Made by a program: the position numbers and the translations under genes
Shown: positions 1-7,994 of the stretch, piece by piece
Layout of the letters: each line of letters starts with the position of its first letter
Numbering within the stretch: position 1 is the first letter of the stretch
Source of the DNA: an uncultured Endomicrobiia bacterium
GTDB lineage: Bacteria; Elusimicrobiota; Endomicrobiia; DTEH01
Reading direction: 5' to 3'
NCBI GenBank assembly: GCA_937928765.1
Contig: CALFVX010000001.1
Coordinates: 16,246 to 80,245, forward strand
Length of the DNA stretch: 64,000 nucleotides
The notes under the pieces: model-generated
What the model saw: only the letters and a program-made list of their open reading frames with translations
Database searches by the model: none
What the model was told of the DNA's origin: nothing

Positions 1-215
1 AACCAGTTCCTGATTTTGTAGAAATAGCAAAGGCATATAAAGCAGAAGGTTTTAGGGTTACAAAAAAAGAAGAAGTTGAATCTGTATTAAAAAAAGCCTT
101 AGAGATAAAAGACAAACCTGTAATAATTGATTTTTGGGTTGAAGAAGAAGAAAATGTATTTCCAATGGTACCTGCAGGCGCACCGTTGGATGAGGTTATT
201 ACAAGTTTAGCATAA
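1..215 (+). CDS. ilvB: Acetolactate synthase large subunit, 3' end (partial; start lies upstream of the window)
   Basis: An open frame from the window start translates to ...PVPDFVEIAKAYKAEGFRV...FPMVPAGAPLDEVITSLA*, which matches the ALS large-subunit C-terminus. The ilvN small subunit follows immediately. Confidence 0.7.
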   Translation, partial: PVPDFVEIAKAYKAEGFRVTKKEEVESVLKKALEIKDKPVIIDFWVEEEENVFPMVPAGAPLDEVITSLA

Positions 216-242
216 TTTTTTAAAAATTGGGAGAATGAAAAT

Positions 243-731
243 ATGGCAGATAATATAAAAAAACATATAATCTCAGCTTTGGTATACAATAAACCTGGAG
301 TTTTGGCAAAAATTGCAACATTATTTGCTGCAAGAGGATATAACATTGATTCATTAGCTGTTGGAGAAACAGATAATCCTGAGATATCTCGTATGACTAT
401 AGTTGTTCGTGGTGATGAAAAAATTTTAGAACAGGTTGAAAAACAATTGAACAAAATCATAGATGTAATAAAAGTATATGAATTTTCAAAAATGAAGCAT
501 ATAGAAAGAGATCTTATATTGCTTAAGGTTAACTCTACAGGTAAAAAAAGAGCTGAAATCATAGAGATTGCAGAAATATTTCGTGCAAAGATAGTTGATG
601 TTTCTCATAATAATTTAGTTTTAGAAATTACTGGTGATGAAGACAAAGTTGAAGCTTTTATAGATCTTCTTAAACCATATGGTATAAAAGAACTTGTTAG
701 AACAGGAGTTATAGCGATTGCTCGTGGTTAA
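243..731 (+). CDS. ilvN: Acetolactate synthase small (regulatory) subunit, ACT domain
   Basis: N-terminal ACT motif ISALVYNKPGVLAKIATLFAARGYNIDSLAVGETDNPEISRMTIVV is typical of IlvN/IlvH. It sits downstream of the ilvB tail and has a GGAG RBS. Confidence 0.85.
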   Translation: MADNIKKHIISALVYNKPGVLAKIATLFAARGYNIDSLAVGETDNPEISRMTIVVRGDEKILEQVEKQLNKIIDVIKVYEFSKMKHIERDLILLKVNSTGKKRAEIIEIAEIFRAKIVDVSHNNLVLEITGDEDKVEAFIDLLKPYGIKELVRTGVIAIARG

Positions 732-733
732 AG

Positions 734-1570
734 ATGAGAAAAATTTTTAAAGAAGAGTTTGTAGCAGCAATAAAAAATTTAGTTTCTCAAACAAATTATT
801 TCTTACCAGAAGATATTCTTAAGGAGATAAAAAATTGTATTGTCCAAGAAACTAATGAAATAGCTAGGGATGTTTTATATAAAATTTTAGAAAATGCAAG
901 TGTTGCTTCTTTAACAAAACTTCCTTTATGTCAAGACACTGGAATTCCGCAGTTTTTTTTAAAAATTGGCAAAAATACATGTTTTGATTTTAATCCTGAA
1001 GAAGTTTTAAAAGAAATTACTTATGAAATTTATGAAAAAGAGAGGTTTAGAAAATCTTGTGTCTTTGATCCAATTGTTAGAAAACATTTTTCCCATTGTA
1101 TAACAGTTTACACAGAATTTTACAATGAAAATGAAAAATGTGAAGTTTCTGTTTTAATTCGTGGCGGCGGTTCTGAAAATTCATCTTATACTACAACACT
1201 TTTACCAACAACAGATGTGACTGAAATAGTTGAAAAGATAGTTGAAGTTGTTTTAAATAAGTTAGTTTATAATTGTCCACCAGCAGTTGTAGGAGTTGGT
1301 ATCGGAGGGACTGTAGAACAGAGTTTAATAATAGCAAAAAAATCGTTATTAAGGAAAATAGGAGAAAGAAATAAAAATATAATTTATGCTGAGCTAGAGA
1401 GACAGATAAAAAAACAAATAAATTTGTCTCAAATAGGACCGTTAGGATTAGGTGGAAACACTTCTATATTAGATGTTTTTGTAGAAACAGCTCCAACCCA
1501 TATTGCAACTTTGCCAGTAAGTGTAGTATTACAATGTCATTCTTATCGTAGAGAAAGTATAGTGATATGA
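734..1570 (+). CDS. fumA: Class I fumarate hydratase / L(+)-tartrate dehydratase, alpha (N-terminal catalytic) subunit
   Basis: The size (278 aa) and family-like sequence features fit the Fe-S hydro-lyase alpha subunit. It is translationally coupled (ATGA overlap) to the beta subunit. Confidence 0.7.
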   Translation: MRKIFKEEFVAAIKNLVSQTNYFLPEDILKEIKNCIVQETNEIARDVLYKILENASVASLTKLPLCQDTGIPQFFLKIGKNTCFDFNPEEVLKEITYEIYEKERFRKSCVFDPIVRKHFSHCITVYTEFYNENEKCEVSVLIRGGGSENSSYTTTLLPTTDVTEIVEKIVEVVLNKLVYNCPPAVVGVGIGGTVEQSLIIAKKSLLRKIGERNKNIIYAELERQIKKQINLSQIGPLGLGGNTSILDVFVETAPTHIATLPVSVVLQCHSYRRESIVI

Positions 1571-2094
1571 AAGAATATGATATAGAAATACCGTTGAAAA
1601 ACATAGAAGTTTTATCTAAACTCAGAATAAGAGATAAAATTTATCTTACAGGAGAAATTTTTGTTTTTCGTGACCAAGTACATAAAAAAATTGCTAATTC
1701 TGAGATTGATCAAATAACAAAAATAAATTTTTATAATTCAGCGATATATTATTGTGCAGCAACCCAAGCTAAAGAAGGATTTATTATAGGTTCTTGTGGA
1801 CCGACATCAGCATATCGTATGGATAAATATACTGAAGATATTCTAAAGTTAGGTGTAAAAATAATGGTTGGCAAAGGATATAGAGGCCAAGAAGTTGTTT
1901 CTCTTTGTAAAAAATATAAATCAATTTATTGTATAACTTATGGAGGTTGTGGTGCGTTTCTTAATAGGTTTGTAGAAGAAGCAAAAATTTTGGCGTATCC
2001 AGAGCTTTCTACAGAAGCTTTATATATGTTTAAAGTAAAAGATTTTCCTTGTATTGTTTCAGTGGACATTTATGGAGGTAAAATATGGAGATAA
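1567..2094 (+). CDS. fumB: Class I fumarate hydratase / tartrate dehydratase, beta subunit
   Basis: A 175-aa partner with a 4-bp overlap on the alpha subunit. This two-gene split architecture is typical of thermophile and archaeal class I fumarases. Confidence 0.7.
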   Translation: MKEYDIEIPLKNIEVLSKLRIRDKIYLTGEIFVFRDQVHKKIANSEIDQITKINFYNSAIYYCAATQAKEGFIIGSCGPTSAYRMDKYTEDILKLGVKIMVGKGYRGQEVVSLCKKYKSIYCITYGGCGAFLNRFVEEAKILAYPELSTEALYMFKVKDFPCIVSVDIYGGKIWR

Positions 2095-2118
2095 TTTTTT
2101 GATATATATAAAGATTAG

Positions 2119-2147
2119 TTGACAAATTGATGCAAAATGTGTATATA
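2119..2147 (+). promoter_or_regulatory. Sigma70-like promoter (TTGACA, 17-nt spacer with TG, TATATA) upstream of the M23 peptidase gene
   Basis: TAGTTGACAAATTG...TGTGTATATA. It is one of three near-identical promoter blocks in the window, the others being at about 25765 and 55316. Confidence 0.45.
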
Positions 2148-2164
2148 TAAAAAATGTTAGGTAT

Positions 2165-3115
2165 ATGAAAAAAACAAATTTTTTAAAATCTTTATTTTCT
2201 CAGAAAATAACATTTTTACTACTTTTCCACGATACAAAAAATCCTATAAGAAAGAGTGTATCTTTAGCATTTTTGATATTTATCATTTTTTTATGGACAT
2301 TATTTACTGTTGTTTCCGTATACTTTTCTACGCGACATATAGATTATTGGTCTGCAAAGTTGAAATCTATAATTTTAGCCTCGAAATATGAATATTTAAA
2401 TAAAGAAATTTCAAGAACTTGGGAGATGTTATCAAAAGTTGAAGAAAATGATCGTGTGATAAGAAAATTGTTAAATATGAAAGATAAAAAAGAAATAATA
2501 CTTAAATCTGACACTATAGTTGGTGAAGGCGGTCCTGCGAATATACAACAAGCAGAATTTTTACAGAAATTTGTTAAACAACCTCAAGAAATCCCATTGG
2601 TTGAATATAGTAAACATTTTAGAATATTGTATCAAAATTTGCAACAACAATTAGACAGTTATAAAGAAGTATTTAATTATATTGATTATCAGAAGAAGTT
2701 ATATCGTTCAACACCTTTGATTTGGCCTTGTTATGGATATGTTGTATCTCCTTTTGGTAAAAGGATACATCCTTTATATAAAATAGAACATTTTCATACG
2801 GGAATTGATATAGCAAATAATATAGGAACACCAATTCGTGCAACTGCAGATGGAACAGTAACTTTTGTTGGTTGGCAGGAAGGATATGGTAAGGTAATAT
2901 TAATAGAACACGAATTTGGATATACAACAGTATATGGCCATCTTTCTGTTTTTAAAGTAAAAAAAGGACAGAAAGTTTTAAGAGGCGAAGTTATAGGACT
3001 TATGGGTAATACTGGTACTGTTACAGGACCTCACTTACACTATGAAATTTGGAAAGATTCTAAATTACAAAATCCTATAAAATATGTGAACATTGAAGAC
3101 TTTTTTAAAAAATAA
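2165..3115 (+). CDS. M23 (LytM) family peptidoglycan endopeptidase with N-terminal membrane anchor and coiled coil
   Basis: The catalytic motifs HTGIDIA...D...GNTGTVTGPHLHYEI correspond to the M23 HxxxD / HxH signature. There is an N-terminal TM helix. Confidence 0.85.
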   Translation: MKKTNFLKSLFSQKITFLLLFHDTKNPIRKSVSLAFLIFIIFLWTLFTVVSVYFSTRHIDYWSAKLKSIILASKYEYLNKEISRTWEMLSKVEENDRVIRKLLNMKDKKEIILKSDTIVGEGGPANIQQAEFLQKFVKQPQEIPLVEYSKHFRILYQNLQQQLDSYKEVFNYIDYQKKLYRSTPLIWPCYGYVVSPFGKRIHPLYKIEHFHTGIDIANNIGTPIRATADGTVTFVGWQEGYGKVILIEHEFGYTTVYGHLSVFKVKKGQKVLRGEVIGLMGNTGTVTGPHLHYEIWKDSKLQNPIKYVNIEDFFKK

Positions 3116-3139
3116 TTTTTTAATAAAAAGGAGTTTTAT

Positions 3140-3544
3140 ATGTTTGGTAGAAAAATTTCTGAGCCGCCAAAAGAAGTTGAAACTATTATTGGAGAAGATA
3201 CTATTTTGCAGGGAACTTTAAAAACAAAAGGTTCTATAAGGATAGATGGTAGATTGGAGGGGAATATAATTGAAGCAAGTCAGGTTATAGTCGGTGTTAA
3301 AGGATATGTCCAAGGGGATATAACTGCACAAGCTGTTATTGTAGGAGGTAAAATTAACGGCAATGTTACCGCTATAGAAAGCATAGAATTAAAAGCAGGA
3401 GCACAACTTTTGGGAGATATTCACACTTCAACACTTTCAATAGGAGAAGGGGCAATTTTTGAAGGTCATTGTGTGATGGCTTCAGAAAAAACAAAAATTA
3501 TTGAATTAGATAAAGAAGTTCATTCAGTACAGAGAAAATTTTAA
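3140..3544 (+). CDS. Bactofilin (CcmA/BacA family, DUF583) cytoskeletal polymer-forming protein
   Basis: Repetitive beta-helix sequence of the form IRIDGRLEGNI...VIVGVKGYVQGDI...VIVGGKINGNV is typical of the bactofilin domain. It is adjacent to the M23 peptidase. Confidence 0.8.
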   Translation: MFGRKISEPPKEVETIIGEDTILQGTLKTKGSIRIDGRLEGNIIEASQVIVGVKGYVQGDITAQAVIVGGKINGNVTAIESIELKAGAQLLGDIHTSTLSIGEGAIFEGHCVMASEKTKIIELDKEVHSVQRKF

Positions 3545-3548
3545 GTTT

Positions 3549-4484
3549 TTATTTCAAAGTTAACAAAATTATTTCAATAAATTCAGATATATAAGGTAAA
3601 AGAAATAAAGTTATAAAAGTACCCCATACAATCTCGCCTGAAGTAAAGTCTGTATTGATATCTAAATTTTTTAATATTATATAATTCATTATTGCTGAAG
3701 GTAAAATTGATATTAATATAAGTGTTTTTACAAAGTTCTCATCTAAAGAAATGAAGTTTTTTAATATAATGCAAAACAGCATAGATAAAATAAAAATTAT
3801 AACTATCCTTAAAAGATTTACAATAATGTGAAGAAAAACATTTCTTGTAAGATTTTTCCATTGAATATTATAACCTATAAATATTAGCATTGTTGGTGAC
3901 AAAGTTAAGGAAATAAAATTTTTTATACTCGTTAAAAGTTGTAAATTAGGAATTTTATAAACATTAGCAATATATCCGAATATAAATGCGTAAACTATTG
4001 GTGAAGAAAATATAAATTTTAAAGATTTTATATTTGGAGATATCAAAAAAATTCCTAAAGTAAATTGTAAAATAGTAGCAATAATCGAATATAATATAGT
4101 ATAATATATAGCAGATGGTGAAATAAAATATTCTGTTACAGGAATACCAAGGTACAATGTGTTCATAAAGGTTAAAGAAAGATAGGTTTCTTTAACAGGT
4201 AGGTTATACTTTTTTAATATTAAACTAAAATAATATGTAACTGACATTATAAAAATTAATAAGAACAAGATAGGAAATAATAATTCTTTACTAATTCCAT
4301 TGGCCCAGATATTTATTCCTACAAAATAAGGAATAATAAGAAGCATTATCATACGGGAAAAAAAGTCTATTGTTTTTATTAATTTATTTTTTAGAATATA
4401 TATTTTATTTGTTATAAATTTTAACAAAATTCCTGTTGTAATCCAGAAAAAAATTTTTAATGATGCTAAAATAAATCTTTCCAT
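3549..4484 (-). CDS. Polytopic membrane permease, possibly auxin-efflux-carrier (AEC) family
   Basis: 311 aa with about 10 predicted TM helices in a two-halves arrangement. The family assignment is tentative. Confidence 0.4.
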   Translation of the reverse strand: MERFILASLKIFFWITTGILLKFITNKIYILKNKLIKTIDFFSRMIMLLIIPYFVGINIWANGISKELLFPILFLLIFIMSVTYYFSLILKKYNLPVKETYLSLTFMNTLYLGIPVTEYFISPSAIYYTILYSIIATILQFTLGIFLISPNIKSLKFIFSSPIVYAFIFGYIANVYKIPNLQLLTSIKNFISLTLSPTMLIFIGYNIQWKNLTRNVFLHIIVNLLRIVIIFILSMLFCIILKNFISLDENFVKTLILISILPSAIMNYIILKNLDINTDFTSGEIVWGTFITLFLLPYISEFIEIILLTLK

Positions 4485-4579
4485 AAGTTTAAAAACTTTT
4501 AATTTACAATTTTTGTTGATTTAAGTATAAATTTTTTATATTAAATTCAACAAAATCTAAATAAATAGATTTTAAAAAA

Positions 4580-5194
4580 ATGAAGCTAAAAGTTAACCCG
4601 AACAGAATGAACTTGTTGAAGTTAAGAAAAAGGTTGAAGTTTGCAATTAGAGGACATAAATTGTTAAAAGATAAACAAGAACAATTAACTAAAGAATTTA
4701 ATAATCTAATCTTAAAACTTATAGAACTTAGATCGAATATAGAACAAAAACTTAATGAAATTTATTTATATGTTGAAGTTTTACATAAATATTTACCTAA
4801 AGAAATTTTTGAGAAATTGTGTGAAAAAATAAATTCTCTAAAATATTTTGAAGTAACAGAAGAAAAACAATCAAAGTTTAATTTGAAACAAAAAATATTT
4901 AAGATAAAAAAAATAAAAGAAAATTTTGAAATTCTTACCACAGATTTTTACTTTAACATCTTTGTAGTTAAAATGTTTGCTTTATATCCATTAATTTTAG
5001 AATTGTCTAATTTGGAAACACTTTGTGAACTTATTGCAAAAGAGTTGCAAACTATTAGAAGAAGAGTAAATGCTTTAGAATATGTGCTTATCCCACAAAT
5101 TCAACAAGGAATTAAAAATATATTAGGAAAATTAAATGAAATAGAAAGAACAAATATTATACAACTTATGAGAATAAAACAATTAATGCAATAG
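4580..5194 (+). CDS. V-type ATP synthase subunit D homolog (isolated)
   Basis: N-terminus MKLKVNPNRMNLLKLRKRLKFAIRGHKLLKDKQEQL matches the conserved V/A-ATPase D-subunit start (V.PTRMnLl.lK.rl..A.rGh.LLK.Krd.L). No other V-ATPase genes are nearby. Confidence 0.6.
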   Translation: MKLKVNPNRMNLLKLRKRLKFAIRGHKLLKDKQEQLTKEFNNLILKLIELRSNIEQKLNEIYLYVEVLHKYLPKEIFEKLCEKINSLKYFEVTEEKQSKFNLKQKIFKIKKIKENFEILTTDFYFNIFVVKMFALYPLILELSNLETLCELIAKELQTIRRRVNALEYVLIPQIQQGIKNILGKLNEIERTNIIQLMRIKQLMQ

Positions 5195-5204
5195 TTTTTA
5201 AAAG

Positions 5205-5927
5205 ATGAAGATTTTAAAATTATTGAAAGAAGATATAGAAACAGTGTTAAAAAAAGACCCTGCTGCAAAAAATGTTTTTGAAGTAATATTATGTTATCCT
5301 GGGTTACATGCCTTGTGGTTTCATAGAATAGCTCATTGGTTTTATAAAAGAAAAGAATTCTTAATTGCAAGAATAATATCACATATTGTTAGATTTCTTA
5401 CTGGGATAGAAATTCATCCTGGAGCAAAGATTGGCAGAAGATTTTTTATAGATCATGGTATGGGTGTAGTAATTGGTGAAACTGCAGAGATAGGTGATGA
5501 TGTTTTGATATACCAAGGAGTTGTTTTAGGAGGTGTCTCGTTATCAAAAGGTAAAAGACATCCTACTGTTGGCAATAATGTTGTTATAGGAGCAGCAGCG
5601 ATTGTTTTAGGAAATATTAAAATAGGAGATAATTCAAGAATAGGTGCGGGTTCTGTGGTATTAAAAGATGTTCCTGAAGGTGCAACAGTTGTTGGTGTTC
5701 CTGGAAGAGTTGTGCTAGGTTTTACTCAACAACAGTTTCAAATTTTAGAACATAACAAGCTTCCAGACCCAATAGCAGAAGGATTTGAGATTTTGATAAA
5801 AGAGATAAATAGGTTAGAAGAAAGGATTAAAAAGGTAGAATCTCTAGAAGGAATTACAACACAGATTGATGAATATATTGAACAAAAAAAGAAAGAGATA
5901 GAAGGAATGTTTGAAGATAATAAATAG
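5205..5927 (+). CDS. cysE: Serine O-acetyltransferase with about 70-aa C-terminal coiled-coil extension
   Basis: Left-handed beta-helix hexapeptide repeats [44 protein letters not shown] are present. The C-terminal tail is K/E-rich and helical. Confidence 0.8.
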   Translation: MKILKLLKEDIETVLKKDPAAKNVFEVILCYPGLHALWFHRIAHWFYKRKEFLIARIISHIVRFLTGIEIHPGAKIGRRFFIDHGMGVVIGETAEIGDDVLIYQGVVLGGVSLSKGKRHPTVGNNVVIGAAAIVLGNIKIGDNSRIGAGSVVLKDVPEGATVVGVPGRVVLGFTQQQFQILEHNKLPDPIAEGFEILIKEINRLEERIKKVESLEGITTQIDEYIEQKKKEIEGMFEDNK

Positions 5928-5935
5928 AATATAAT

Positions 5936-6409
5936 ATGTCAAACAATAAACAAAAAGAAAATAAAGTTTTAACTATAAACAAAAAGTTATACTATAATTT
6001 CGAGATTATAGAATCATATGAAGCAGGTATAGTATTAAAAGGCAGTGAAGTAAAATCAATCCGCGAAGGTAAAATTGATATAAAAGATGCATTTTGTATT
6101 ATAAAGAAAAACGAAGTGTGGTTATTTAATGCAAGAATTGCAGAATATGAGAAATCTTCACATACAAAAATTCCTATTGATAGAGAAAGAAAATTGCTTT
6201 TACATAAAACAGAGATTAAAAGGTTGATTGGCAAAATTTCTGAACGAGGATATGTATTAAAACCAACAAAGGTATATTTTAACAACAGAGGATTTGTAAA
6301 AATAGAAATTGCTTTGTGTAAATATAAGAAAAAATATGATAAAAGAGAAGAGATAAAAGAAAGAGAATTAAATCGTGAGTTATTGCGTGCTAAGAAAGGA
6401 ATATTTTAA
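5936..6409 (+). CDS. smpB: SsrA-binding protein (tmRNA trans-translation)
   Basis: Conserved SmpB core YEAGIVLKGSEVKSIREGKIDIKDAF...WLFNARIAEYE, 157 aa. Confidence 0.85.
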   Translation: MSNNKQKENKVLTINKKLYYNFEIIESYEAGIVLKGSEVKSIREGKIDIKDAFCIIKKNEVWLFNARIAEYEKSSHTKIPIDRERKLLLHKTEIKRLIGKISERGYVLKPTKVYFNNRGFVKIEIALCKYKKKYDKREEIKERELNRELLRAKKGIF

Positions 6410-6444
6410 TAAAAAATTTTTTAAATATAAATAAAAAATAAATT

Positions 6445-7062
6445 ATGGAATTAAGAAAAGATTCTTTAATAGAATTGTTTAAAAAATATAATGCAATACT
6501 TGAAGGACATTTTTTGTTATCTTCAGGATTGCATAGTGATAAATATATTCAATGTGCGCTAGTGTTGCAATATCCTCATTTAGCAGAAAAAGTTGCTATC
6601 TTGTTGTTTGAAGAAATAAGAAACAAAGTTTCTTTTTGGCAAGAGGTTAGTTTGATAGTTTCGCCAGCATTAGGTGGAATTGTTATAGGTCAAGAATTAG
6701 CAAGAGTAATTAAGACTTTAACTAACAATCAAATTAGAGCAATTTTTACAGAACGGGATGACGAAGGTAAGATGGTTTTAAGAAGAGGATTTGAAATTTT
6801 ACCAGAAGATAAAATAATTATAGTTGAAGATGTTGTTACTACAGGTAAATCAACAAAAGAGGTTATAGATGTTGTTAAAAATTTTAGTAGTAATATCTTA
6901 GCAGTATGTAGCATATTTAATAGAGCAAAAGAAATAAACTTTAGCCTACCATATTTTTACATTGAAAAAATAGAGGTAAATAATTATAGTAAGCAAGAAT
7001 GTCCTCTTTGTGCAAAAGGTATTTCGTTAGTAAAACCTGGTAGTAGAAAAGTTTTTAAATAA
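6445..7062 (+). CDS. pyrE: Orotate phosphoribosyltransferase-like (type I PRTase)
   Basis: PRPP-binding motif IIVEDVVTTGKST and PyrE-like N-terminus GHFLLSSGLHSDKY, 205 aa. Confidence 0.6.
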   Translation: MELRKDSLIELFKKYNAILEGHFLLSSGLHSDKYIQCALVLQYPHLAEKVAILLFEEIRNKVSFWQEVSLIVSPALGGIVIGQELARVIKTLTNNQIRAIFTERDDEGKMVLRRGFEILPEDKIIIVEDVVTTGKSTKEVIDVVKNFSSNILAVCSIFNRAKEINFSLPYFYIEKIEVNNYSKQECPLCAKGISLVKPGSRKVFK

Positions 7063-7103
7063 AATTTCAATGTTAAAAAACTTACCTAAAAATTTTTTGT
7101 TTT

Positions 7104-7994
7104 ATGAATTTTAAATATGCAGATTCTTATATATTACAACTTTTAAATAATTTTATTTTTGAACCAGGTGGTGTTGTAGATGGAAAACATCCAGGAAAAC
7201 ACAGAAGTTTTTCTATAGGAAGATCTTTAGAATTTGTTCAACACAGAGAATATACTCCAACAGATGATTTAAAGTATATTGATTGGAAAGTTTATGCAAG
7301 AAGAGATAGGTTTTTTATTAAACAATACTATCAAGAAACAAATCTTGAATCGTGGATTTTTATAGATTGTTCAAGATCAATGTGGTTTCCTGAAAATACT
7401 AAAGAGGTTACAAAATATGAATATGCTAATTATTTAGCTTCGTATTTAAGTTATATATTGTTAAAACAAGGAGATACTGTAGGAATAGCGAAGTTTGATA
7501 ATAAAATAAAATATTTGTTAGAAAAATCTTCTAAAGAAAAATTTTATTATAAAATACTTCAATTTTTAGAAGAAGAAACCGTAGGTCAACAGACAAAGTT
7601 TGTAAATATTATAGATGAAATATTTAAATTTGTTAAAAAAAGGATGTTTTTAATATTTATTTCAGACTTAATTGTAAATAACGAATTAGAAATTGTAAGA
7701 TTATTTAAAAAAATCTCTTCTTATGGAATAAATATTTTAATTTTACACATAATTCATCCTAAAGAATATGATCTTAACTGGATACAAGAAAATAAAATTA
7801 TTTTTGAAGATATTGAATACTTAAATCAGATAACAACTGAAATTTATGAAATAAAAAATTTATATCAAAAAGAATTCAAAAAAATTTTGGAATATTATAA
7901 AAAAGAATTAAATGATAAAAATGTTCATTATTTTGTAATAAATACTAAATTACCTGTTTTAGAAAATCTTAGATTAATAATTTCACAAAAGTGA
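7104..7994 (+). CDS. DUF58 family protein (vWA-like; usual partner of MoxR AAA ATPases)
   Basis: Motif GKHRSFSIGRSLEFVQHREYTPTDDLKYIDWKVYARRDRFFIKQY matches the DUF58 signature. It is the first gene of a long ATGA-coupled operon. Confidence 0.7.
   Translation: MNFKYADSYILQLLNNFIFEPGGVVDGKHPGKHRSFSIGRSLEFVQHREYTPTDDLKYIDWKVYARRDRFFIKQYYQETNLESWIFIDCSRSMWFPENTKEVTKYEYANYLASYLSYILLKQGDTVGIAKFDNKIKYLLEKSSKEKFYYKILQFLEEETVGQQTKFVNIIDEIFKFVKKRMFLIFISDLIVNNELEIVRLFKKISSYGINILILHIIHPKEYDLNWIQENKIIFEDIEYLNQITTEIYEIKNLYQKEFKKILEYYKKELNDKNVHYFVINTKLPVLENLRLIISQK

Noticed and set aside
2673-2927. Minus-strand 84-aa ORF inside the M23 peptidase gene
   Set aside because: It lies entirely within a well-supported + strand CDS with conserved catalytic motifs and is likely spurious.
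4580-5194. Calling a V-type ATPase operon here
   Set aside because: Only the D-like gene is present, and neighbouring genes are unrelated, so I annotate it as an isolated homolog only.
6445-7062. Possibility that the gene upstream of DUF58 is the expected MoxR AAA ATPase
   Set aside because: The sequence has a PRTase PRPP-binding loop (VEDVVTTGKST) and no Walker A/B, so it is PyrE-like and not MoxR.
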